Below are positions 17,047 to 24,627 of a stretch of DNA of 51,974 nt, piece by piece. The stretch lies in the IMG/VR virus record IMGVR_UViG_3300028802_000021, positions 1 through 51,974 of that record; one strand, given 5' to 3'. The position numbers were made by a program, and so were the translations under genes. Source of the DNA: a virus. Taxonomy: Duplodnaviria; Caudoviricetes. The number at the start of each line of letters is the position of its first letter. Within the stretch, counting starts at the first letter, position 1. Under the pieces are notes generated by a model. It was not told where the DNA came from. It made no database searches and saw only the letters and a program-made list of their open reading frames with translations.

Positions 17047-17469
17047 ATGGAGGCGACCACAAGGACCGGTTACCGCGACGTCGCGATGCGGCTGCGCTGG
17101 GAGATCAAAGAGGAAAGCCTGCAGCCCGGGGACCGGCTGCCGTCGACAGAGGAGATCGCACGACGGTTCGGGGTGAGCCGCCGCACCATCAACCGGGCCT
17201 TGACCGTCCTTGCCGGGGAAAACCTCATCGAGGTCGTCACCGGGCGGGGCTGCTACGTCGCCGGCGGGCACAAGAGCGACAAGCGCAGAGACAAGGTGGA
17301 GGCCTGGCTGCGCGACAACTCCCGGGCGGGGGCCTGGCTGCCCGACACCGTCCACCTCGCCCAGGCATGCGAGGTGTCCCCGGGGGTGGTCCGCCGGGTC
17401 CTCAACGAGCACCTGCGGCGGGGGCTGCTGTACAGGAACCGGGGGCGGTTCTATTACCACACCCCATGA
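17047..17469 (+). CDS. GntR-family wHTH regulator (candidate repressor)
   Basis: LQPGDRLPSTEEIARRFGVSRRTINRAL..L.....GRGCYV plus a second wHTH; SD GAGGAGG. Confidence 0.85.
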   Translation: MEATTRTGYRDVAMRLRWEIKEESLQPGDRLPSTEEIARRFGVSRRTINRALTVLAGENLIEVVTGRGCYVAGGHKSDKRRDKVEAWLRDNSRAGAWLPDTVHLAQACEVSPGVVRRVLNEHLRRGLLYRNRGRFYYHTP

Positions 17470-17669
17470 TCACGTCGCATCGACTGGAAGCACTCATGTA
17501 CGACCTGCCGCTGCTGCTCGCCGCCACCCGACGGCGCAGCGGATACAGCATGCACGCCGTCGCGATGCAAGCCGGGTGTGCCGTCTCCACCATCAGCCGG
17601 GTGGAGGCGGGCTACAGCTGCGACGTGAAAACCCTCATCCTCGTCCTGCGCTGGATCGAGACACAGTAA
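17466..17669 (+). CDS. XRE-family HTH protein
   Basis: RRRSGYSMHAVAMQAGCAVSTISRVEAG; ATGA overlap. Confidence 0.75.
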   Translation: MITSHRLEALMYDLPLLLAATRRRSGYSMHAVAMQAGCAVSTISRVEAGYSCDVKTLILVLRWIETQ

Positions 17670-17705
17670 AAGGGCGGGACTGTCATCACTGACAGCCCCG
17701 CCCTT
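17670..17705. terminator. Hairpin between convergent genes
   Basis: AGGGCGGGACTGTCA-TCAC-TGACAGCCCCGCCCT. Confidence 0.65.
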
Positions 17706-17806
17706 CGTCGTCCCCCTAGTGGAGCTTACAGACCTCCGCGCACCGCCAGCAGACGTCCACCCCGAATTGCGGGTACCGGCTCAACTCCCGATCCCCGATG
17801 ACCCGG

Positions 17807-18304
17807 TCACACATGGTCACCAGCGGGCGGTCCGGGTTCTGCCGGTGCTGATACTGCCTCGGGGTCTCCCGGGTCGGCGGCAGCGTCACCCAGCGAATCA
17901 GCTTCACGACTGAAATACTCCTCCGCGATGGCACCCGCCGCCCCCGCCAGCACCAGCATGTGGCGTACCGACTCGGTGGCGTCGCCGCCACTGTGGAACA
18001 GCCGGGCGCACAAGTCGATGTCCTCGCCGTGCCGGGCTGTCATGAAGTCCGCCAGCCACTGCAACGCGTGCGCCTTGTCCGGCCTGTACCCGGCAGCGGT
18101 CGTCAGGTACCCCTTGAGGTCCGCCACCCCGACCATGCGCTGAATGGCACCGGCGATGACCCACGACAGGGCGAAACAACCCGGCGCCCCGTACGCCAGC
18201 GACACCGCCGTGAACAGGGCCCGCACCTTCGTCAGGTCGCCGTCGATGGAAGCAACGACAATCTCGGTGGCGAACTTCTTCAGCTCGCCGGTCAGCTCAT
18301 TCAC
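17807..18304 (-). CDS. Hypothetical helical protein
   Basis: GTGA overlap with upstream gene. Confidence 0.6.
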   Translation of the reverse strand: MNELTGELKKFATEIVVASIDGDLTKVRALFTAVSLAYGAPGCFALSWVIAGAIQRMVGVADLKGYLTTAAGYRPDKAHALQWLADFMTARHGEDIDLCARLFHSGGDATESVRHMLVLAGAAGAIAEEYFSREADSLGDAAADPGDPEAVSAPAEPGPPAGDHV

Positions 18305-18834
18305 CAGGACAGCGCCTTCCGGTCGATAGCGTCGGCTTTCATGTATGAGCCCACCGCGCGGAGCATTCTCCGCAACGCCTGCACCGCCCGGGGATCATGC
18401 TCGTATTCCTGTCGGGGCCCGAGGAATACCAGGTCCGTTTCCGGTTCACCCTCGGACCGCAGCACCACGTAGCCGCGCCCGGCGCAGTCGACGAGGACGC
18501 ATGCTCTCAGCCGGTTCTTCGTCAGCCTCCCGTCGAACCTGATCCGGCCCTCATGCACGAAGAACAGCCCGGCAACAGCATCGCCGGTAGCGAAAAGGCC
18601 GTGCCGTTCCAGGATCAGCCGGCTGCCGAAGGCACCCCGTTCGATCCGGTCGACGAGGTCGTTCAGTTCGCGCAGATTTTTCGGCTGCTGCGGATACATC
18701 GCCGACACGAAGCCGAGACCCTCGGAGTGCAAGACGAACGCGAGCAGCGGCGGAAGGCCCCACTCCCCTTCCTGGTGCAGAACCTGGTCGAGGTTCGACA
18801 CCAGCCAACGCATGTCGGAGCTCTGCGGGATCAC
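18301..18834 (-). CDS. Paralogue 3 of tandem triad (PPA1309-like?)
   Basis: W..PP.L...YPQQP...VDCAGRGY...ALRRML...AID. Confidence 0.7.
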   Translation of the reverse strand: MIPQSSDMRWLVSNLDQVLHQEGEWGLPPLLAFVLHSEGLGFVSAMYPQQPKNLRELNDLVDRIERGAFGSRLILERHGLFATGDAVAGLFFVHEGRIRFDGRLTKNRLRACVLVDCAGRGYVVLRSEGEPETDLVFLGPRQEYEHDPRAVQALRRMLRAVGSYMKADAIDRKALSW

Positions 18835-19358
18835 TGCGGCATCACCGCCTCGATGTCGATCGCCGTCGGGGACATGACGGTGCCGAGGGCGCCGAGAATG
18901 CCCCGGAGCCCGACGACTACCCGGGTTTCTTCCACTACCGGTGTGGACTGCATCGACCAGGCGGGTTCGGGTTCTTCGCCCCGGAATCGCTGCGCCCGGT
19001 AGAGCCTTCCGGCGCAGTCGACCACTGTCATGATCCGGCATTCGACGAGTGCGTCGTTGTCGAGCATCCACCCTTCGGTGCAGAACCAGATCCCGGCGGT
19101 GTGGTTGGCGACGTCGGCGACAGGCAGGCGCCCCTCTTTGGCCATGTCGACGGTCAGCTGGGCCAGGTGGAGCAGGGCCACCGCCGGGTTGCTGTAGGGC
19201 ATTCCGGCGGGCTGGAGCGGGTATTCGACACCGTCGAGGTGGCCTTGCTCGTTTTCGACGATCATGCCGAGCATCGGTGCGACGTCCCAGCCGTGTTCGT
19301 GGATGCGCCCCTCAAGGATGGACGCGATTTCCAGGACGTCTTTCGGTTCGGGAATCAT
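18831..19358 (-). CDS. Paralogue 2 of tandem triad (PPA1309-like?)
   Basis: GWDVAPMLG...YPLQP...VDCAGRLY...GLRGIL...AID. Confidence 0.75.
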   Translation of the reverse strand: MIPEPKDVLEIASILEGRIHEHGWDVAPMLGMIVENEQGHLDGVEYPLQPAGMPYSNPAVALLHLAQLTVDMAKEGRLPVADVANHTAGIWFCTEGWMLDNDALVECRIMTVVDCAGRLYRAQRFRGEEPEPAWSMQSTPVVEETRVVVGLRGILGALGTVMSPTAIDIEAVMPQ

Positions 19359-19954
19359 CCGCCCGCCCCGACCTGGGCGACCTTGTCCATGTCGATGGCG
19401 CCGGTGGACATGTTGGCGCCGAGCCCGAGCAGGAGGCGGCGCAGGGCAATGAGCACCTCCCGGTCGTAGGTGATCTTGTCTGTGTCGCCGGGGTCGGTGA
19501 TCAACAGTTCGGGGTCTTCGTCCCGGAACCGGTTCACCCGGAAGACGTACCCGCCGCAGTCGACGATGATCACATGCCGGATGGTCTTCCCCGCCGGATT
19601 CTCCGACGCTCTCATGCCTTCGTGTTCCATGCCGTCGGGAACCAGGTGCGCCTCGCAGCTGAACCAGAGAGCCATCAGGGCGTCACCTGCGCCCTCCATT
19701 CCGGCATCGGTGATCAACTTGCGATGATCGGTGGTCCGTTCCAGGGTGAGATCGGCGATGTTCCGCAGGGCGCTCAGCGGATCTGTAGGGATGAGTTCTG
19801 CGGGCTGAACAGGGAACTTCTTCACCCCGGCACCGAGCCCGCCAAGGTCGCTGACGCTGCCGAGTACCGGCGCCGATCCCCAGCCCATCGAGTGGGCCGC
19901 TCTCTCGATCATCTCGGCGCAGTAGATCATGTTGTCTATCGAATCGGGGATCAC
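19355..19954 (-). CDS. Paralogue 1 of tandem triad (PPA1309-like?)
   Basis: GWGSAPVLG...FPVQP...VDCGGYVF...ALRRLL...AID; GTG with GAAAGAGG SD. Confidence 0.7.
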   Translation of the reverse strand: MIPDSIDNMIYCAEMIERAAHSMGWGSAPVLGSVSDLGGLGAGVKKFPVQPAELIPTDPLSALRNIADLTLERTTDHRKLITDAGMEGAGDALMALWFSCEAHLVPDGMEHEGMRASENPAGKTIRHVIIVDCGGYVFRVNRFRDEDPELLITDPGDTDKITYDREVLIALRRLLLGLGANMSTGAIDMDKVAQVGAGG

Positions 19955-20007
19955 CGGATGTCGACCTCTTTCGTGTTGCATGCGATAGCGGGGCGGCAAA
20001 GGGAGCA

Positions 20008-20013
20008 TATAGT
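20008..20013 (+). promoter_or_regulatory. Candidate -10 element TATAGT upstream of the tRNA-like element
   Basis: TANNNT in a divergent intergenic gap, ~20 nt before the element; no clear -35. Confidence 0.4.
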
Positions 20014-20032
20014 CGGTGCCGGAAATCCTCCA

Positions 20033-20113
20033 GGCCGGACTCGGCGTCCCCGGAAGGTCAGGTCCCCCGTACCTGACGCCCCGGGAGTGCAGGTTCGATT
20101 CCTGCACCGGCCA
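20033..20113 (+). ncRNA. tRNA-like element (acceptor stem + T-arm, aberrant D and anticodon arms)
   Basis: GGCCGG/CCGGCC-A; TGCAGG-TTCGATT-CCTGCA; GTCAGGT-CCCCCGT-ACCTGAC. Confidence 0.65.
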
Positions 20114-20114
20114 C

Positions 20115-20372
20115 ATGAATGACATTCGGTTCTGCCCTGACCATGGAGACCCGCTCACCCCCGGCAGCGAATGGCCCTGCCCCGTCGCCTGCGACAGCGA
20201 CCCCATCGACGTCACCACCTGCCACCACTTCGCCGCCGAAATGGACCGGCGCATCCGCGACGTCGAAATCGGCGGCAACTACTACACCCTCCGCACCGAC
20301 GACAACGGCAACCGAGTCACCCAGGAATACCGCAACCACCAGCCCTACGGAGAACCGAAGGCAATCCGATGA
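20115..20372 (+). CDS. Cys-containing hypothetical protein
   Basis: ATG two bases after the tRNA-like element; CPDH...CPVAC. Confidence 0.6.
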   Translation: MNDIRFCPDHGDPLTPGSEWPCPVACDSDPIDVTTCHHFAAEMDRRIRDVEIGGNYYTLRTDDNGNRVTQEYRNHQPYGEPKAIR

Positions 20373-20629
20373 CCTACGACCACGAACACCCCTGCCCGTC
20401 AGACAAATGCATCGCCGTCCTGCGGCGGCTCGGATACGACATCCCCAAAGAAGTCGACTGCTGCGTCTGCCTCGCCCGGGAACAACAGAAAAAAGCGGGC
20501 CACCCCGAAAGGTGACCCGCTTTCCCGCCATTACCCCTGAACTCAGGTTCCCCCCAGAGAACCCTGCGTCCCAATCTCATCCGGCCCGAAACCACTGACA
20601 CTAAGTCCGTGTTTTCGGATACCGGAACT

Positions 20630-21037
20630 CTAGCCGACGAGCCACACCAGCAAAAGCCCGATGACAAAGATGGCCAACCCGGCACCGACAAGAGCACCCA
20701 GAAGCATGTCTCTCATGTTCAGGCCCTCGTCGTCGTCGCCTATCCGATGCCGGGCAGGAGGGTCGTCGAGGTCCGGATCATTCACCGGAGCCCGGCCCTT
20801 CACCGTCGGCAAGATCTGCGTCGGCACCACATGCCCATTCAGCTTCGGCGGCGGCGGCGGAAAGAACGGAGCGAGATTCACTTTCGGTGGTTGCTGCGGC
20901 GGATGATGACAACAAGCCGAGCTGACATACACCACTGGATGCTGACAGCCCGCCGGCGGCAACGGATCAGTAAGAGGATCAGGACGTCTACCCGGCTGCA
21001 CTCGCACCCGCCCTCCGGAAGAAATGGGGTGCCTCAC
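20630..21037 (-). CDS. Pro-rich protein with C-terminal TM helix
   Basis: Poly-Pro linker; LLGALVGAGLAIFVIGLLLVWLVG. Confidence 0.5.
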   Translation of the reverse strand: MRHPISSGGRVRVQPGRRPDPLTDPLPPAGCQHPVVYVSSACCHHPPQQPPKVNLAPFFPPPPPKLNGHVVPTQILPTVKGRAPVNDPDLDDPPARHRIGDDDEGLNMRDMLLGALVGAGLAIFVIGLLLVWLVG

Positions 21038-21271
21038 ACGGTAGACGAAAGGCCGCCCCCGGAGGGGCGGCCCTAGCGGGTGGTCACTTGATTACGGCGG
21101 CGAAGGCGTACCCCTCCTCCAGGCACCACTCCACGAAACCCCGCGTGATCATCTCTTGCATCTCAAAGTCGACAACAACGTCCGGGCCGTTATTCAGGGC
21201 GCTCTTCGCCGTCTCTCGCAGGTACCCCTGGATGAGGTTTTCGGACGACACGCGCGCCAGCAGCCACTCAC

Positions 21272-21535
21272 TCATGCCGGGGTGGCACTCCACTTCTTCG
21301 GCAGCGAATCATTCCAGCCTTTGCCAGGGCGATAGCTGGCTGCATGGCAACCCCGCATCCGCGAAGGGTCGTCGTGGAACCAGGGCTGGTCCTCCGCGAC
21401 CGACAACCTACTGATCGGCTCCTTGCAGTAGCGGCACTCGGCATGGGCAACCATCCGATCGAGACCCGCGACGAATGCCCCGAGGGTCGTCTCCGGCGGC
21501 AGCTTCCGCACCATATCCAGCATCTCAAGCATCAT
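21272..21535 (-). CDS. Hypothetical Zn-binding protein
   Basis: CRYC...WFH...GC. Confidence 0.55.
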   Translation of the reverse strand: MMLEMLDMVRKLPPETTLGAFVAGLDRMVAHAECRYCKEPISRLSVAEDQPWFHDDPSRMRGCHAASYRPGKGWNDSLPKKWSATPA

Positions 21536-21598
21536 GACTGGATCAACGAAGGGGCGGGCGGGGCGTAACGGTGCGTCCCGGTGCGCGTTAGTGAAGGT

Positions 21599-21814
21599 AT
21601 GAGTGAGATCAAGTACGGCCCGCCCGGAATCCAGTACGTGACCATCGACGACAACCTTGCCTATCAGTGGACCGGGGAGGGGCTCCTCAAGATCGGCGAC
21701 AAGGTTCGACTGCCGGGTAACTGGACCACGGGATTCGAGGACTGGATCGGCGAGGTGACGTCTTTCGGGAGCACTTGGCAGGGCCGCCACGTGAGCATTC
21801 TCGGCCGGGAGTAG
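21599..21814 (+). CDS. Small SH3-like hypothetical protein
   Basis: LKIGDKVRLP...GEVT pattern; GAAGG SD. Confidence 0.6.
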   Translation: MSEIKYGPPGIQYVTIDDNLAYQWTGEGLLKIGDKVRLPGNWTTGFEDWIGEVTSFGSTWQGRHVSILGRE

Positions 21815-21839
21815 TGGTGGGCCCTGACCCGTCCATCAT

Positions 21840-22060
21840 GGACAGGTCAGGGCACATCCAGGGCACATCAGGTCGAGCGAGGGTGGTCATCGTTGGACAC
21901 GGTTGGATAGTAAAACCCCAGGTCAGAGGCGGTTTGGGTCATGTCCGCCCTGGTCCGTTTAGTCCGTGTCCAGTTGTTTCAGGAAGTTACCAAATGTGCC
22001 CTCTGACCTGGGGTTTTGTCGGCAACCAGGCCCCTGAGGGCACATCTAGGGCACACTAGG
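21840..22060. other. attP region with arm-type repeats
   Basis: AGGGCACA at 21849, 21860, 22037, 22048 and inverted at ~21995; 18-bp IR 21912-21929/22000-22017; directly downstream of int. Confidence 0.75.
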
Positions 22061-23233
22061 GAGGATCTGGCGCAGGTTTTCTCCGACGATCGCCCTCGTC
22101 TTGCCGTCACGGTCGGCCACCAGATGTGAGTAGTACTTGAGGGTCGTCGATTGGTTCGCGTGACCGAGTAGCTCCGAGACCTCAGATATCGGCCTGCCCT
22201 TGTAGATCAGCGTGGAAGCGTAGTAGTCGCGAAGCTGATGCATGGTGACCGACGCCAGCTGCTGAGATCGCACGGTGTTCTGGATGGCCTCAGTTCCCGC
22301 AAGCGCATTGGCCGCGACGGCGAATTCTTCGGCGGCGGCACGACGGGCTCGTTCCCAGGGCCAGGCCTGGAAGACCCGCGCATTCATCAGCCCATTCTGG
22401 GGTCGGGTGAAGAGGTATCCCCCGGGCGCTGGCGGGAATTCCCTCACGTGGCGAGCGAGCATGTCGATCATCTCCAGCGGTACCGGGATGATGCGATCCT
22501 CGTAGTTCTTCAGGGGGCGTGAAACGATCCCCCGACCGCGTTCCATCTGAAGCTGCTGCTGAAAGTGCACGGTGGGTGATTCCGTGTTGGCCCAGTTCAC
22601 GTCGGCCATCCGGAGGCCGAAAAGCTCGCCCTGACGTCCACCAGTCGCGGCGCCGAGTGCGATCAGCGCACGATAGCGGGCATCGATATTGGCGATGAGG
22701 GCGGCAACCTGGACTGCCTCCAATAGCCACATCTTCGCGGGTGCACCCTTCGGCAGTCTGACGCCGATGCAGGGGTTCCCGGAGATAACCCTCTTCAGCG
22801 CGGCGGCTTTGAAGATTCCTCGCACAAGAGTCATGTGCGTGCGAATGGTGCTCGCCTTGAGGCCGCTCTCAAGCATGGACTGGATCAAGACGGTGATGTC
22901 ATCGTCCTTGATGGCGAGCATCTGCTTGGCACCCAGGACCGGGTAGACGTGCAGCTTGAGCGTCCCCTTACTGGCGACACGGTAGTTATGCGACGCCGTC
23001 AGCCTCTCGTGCCAGGCGTCGGCGAAATCCCTGAAGGTCTGCTTGCCCTTCTTGGGGTCGACGTAGGTGTGATCCCGAATGGATACTTCCGTGGTGAGCT
23101 GGAATGCTTCGGCGAGACTCTTGCGCTCGAAGTTCCTCTTGCGCTGGACGCCTTGCGGGTTGCGCCAGCGGTATTGCCAGCCGACCCGCTTTCCGTTGTC
23201 GTCAAAAAGCTCGCTGATGGTCCCTTTACTCAC
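22046..23233 (-). CDS. int: Tyrosine integrase
   Basis: TGGRQGELFGL (R), PLK (K), HQLRD (HxLR), LLGHA, YYSH (Y); GTG with AGGTGG SD. Confidence 0.95.
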   Translation of the reverse strand: MSKGTISELFDDNGKRVGWQYRWRNPQGVQRKRNFERKSLAEAFQLTTEVSIRDHTYVDPKKGKQTFRDFADAWHERLTASHNYRVASKGTLKLHVYPVLGAKQMLAIKDDDITVLIQSMLESGLKASTIRTHMTLVRGIFKAAALKRVISGNPCIGVRLPKGAPAKMWLLEAVQVAALIANIDARYRALIALGAATGGRQGELFGLRMADVNWANTESPTVHFQQQLQMERGRGIVSRPLKNYEDRIIPVPLEMIDMLARHVREFPPAPGGYLFTRPQNGLMNARVFQAWPWERARRAAAEEFAVAANALAGTEAIQNTVRSQQLASVTMHQLRDYYASTLIYKGRPISEVSELLGHANQSTTLKYYSHLVADRDGKTRAIVGENLRQILPSVP

Positions 23234-23321
23234 TGGCTTTCCACCTGACTGGGGGTCCGGATGATGATCTTGCTGGTGGCACCCTAGATCACCAGGGCAC
23301 AGAACACAACTACCAAGCGAC

Positions 23322-23528
23322 CTATCGGAGCTGGTTACGCACCCACTCGTCGACATCCTCCAGCCGGTAGCGGACGTTGCGTCCAATCTTGTGCCGGCGC
23401 GGACCTGTTCCCCGGGTGTTCCACCGATAGACCGTGTTATCCGGGACCTGGAGGTAAGCGGCAACATCTTCCACCGTGAGCATCGGCTGACGAGTATCGG
23501 CAACCGATACCTGCTTGCGGTTAGTCAT
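23322..23528 (-). CDS. xis: Excisionase
   Basis: MLTVEDVAAYLQVPDNTVYRW...GP...KIGRNVRY; upstream of int. Confidence 0.85.
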   Translation of the reverse strand: MTNRKQVSVADTRQPMLTVEDVAAYLQVPDNTVYRWNTRGTGPRRHKIGRNVRYRLEDVDEWVRNQLR

Positions 23529-23641
23529 GTCGCCGAAGCTAAAGCACAGGTAGATCCACTAAATCCGAGCCGCCCCACCCGCCTACGCCGCGCTGCAATC
23601 GCATGCTGTTGTTCCTCCGTTCGGGTGACTGGAACGCAGAG

Positions 23642-23677
23642 AAACGCCCCACCCTCCGGCAAGAGGGTGGGGCGTCT
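23642..23677 (-). terminator. Terminator at end of tail operon
   Basis: Plus-strand ACGCCCCACCCTC-CGGCAA-GAGGGTGGGGCGT; TTTCTCT follows on minus. Confidence 0.7.
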
Positions 23678-23848
23678 GCGGGTCGTATGACGAACGAGGG
23701 AACCGACCCGGCGGTGCTCGGGCTAGGCGAGCTCTGCGCCAGCGCGCCCACCTAGCGAGCTGTCTTCAGTGTGAATACCTGAGGGCGGCTCGTCTATACC
23801 GCTCACGCTCTGGTGCGTATTCGGACCGGGCTCGGTGCAACTTGCAGA

Positions 23849-24613
23849 TCAGGTGCCGTAGTAGCCGAGGTATTTGACCTGCATGCCGGACTGGACGATG
23901 GCGGACGCGTCGGTGGCGAGGGTGGCGGCGCCGCTCTGCACCCCGTACAGCTCGACGTATTCGCCGACGTTCAGGCCGATGATGGTGGGCCGGGCGACAA
24001 CGGTGGTCGGCGCCGATGTCGGGGTGATCGGGGTGGCGGGGATGGTGACTCCGGCCCCGTTGAATGCGGCGCCTTGCTTGTACCAGATGGCTGACCGGTA
24101 TCCGGTGGCGTTGGCTCCGAAGGTGATCGCCCCGGTGAATTCGTAGACGCCGGGGACTTGTGCGCTGTATCGGGAGCCGGATGTCCAGCCGTTGAGCCGG
24201 TTCATGTCGGCGGTGTGCAGGGTGAGTGCGGCGCCGTTGCCTTGGGTGAAGTTCTGAGAGTTGGTCTGTTTGATCTTTGCCAGGTATTGGCCGGGGAACG
24301 GCACCCGGGTCGGGGTCCCCGAGACGGAAGCTACGTAGTACATGTAGCCGGTGTCGGTTTCCAAGCCCATCAAGCCGACGGTGGGGGTGGGCCGGTTAAG
24401 GGAGGTGGAGACTGCCATCATGCCGACGGTGTTGGTGGCTTTGAGGGCGTTGACATCGGTTTTCAGCTGGGTGATGTCGGTGCCTTGAGTGACGTCGCTG
24501 GCGGCGTTGGTGTTGAGGTAGCCCTCGATGTCTCTGATGGCCTGGTTGAGAATGGTTCCCCAGGTGCCGGTGGATCCGTTGATCACGGGCAGGCTTACGG
24601 GCGGGTTGGCCAT
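23849..24613 (-). CDS. Tail fibre/receptor-binding protein with C1q-like C-terminus
   Basis: WG..LN.A...I N-terminus, coiled coil, Y.AQVPGVYEF...LNVGEYVELY. Confidence 0.7.
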   Translation of the reverse strand: MANPPVSLPVINGSTGTWGTILNQAIRDIEGYLNTNAASDVTQGTDITQLKTDVNALKATNTVGMMAVSTSLNRPTPTVGLMGLETDTGYMYYVASVSGTPTRVPFPGQYLAKIKQTNSQNFTQGNGAALTLHTADMNRLNGWTSGSRYSAQVPGVYEFTGAITFGANATGYRSAIWYKQGAAFNGAGVTIPATPITPTSAPTTVVARPTIIGLNVGEYVELYGVQSGAATLATDASAIVQSGMQVKYLGYYGT

Positions 24614-24627
24614 GCTGGGGCCCCTTT

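Noticed and set aside
20033-20113. Canonical tRNA-Gly(CCC), tRNA-Sec/Pyl or tmRNA
   Set aside because: No U8, D-loop GG or U33; 7-bp anticodon stem; no TCA/CTA anticodon, G3:U70 or tag reading frame. Kept only as tRNA-like.
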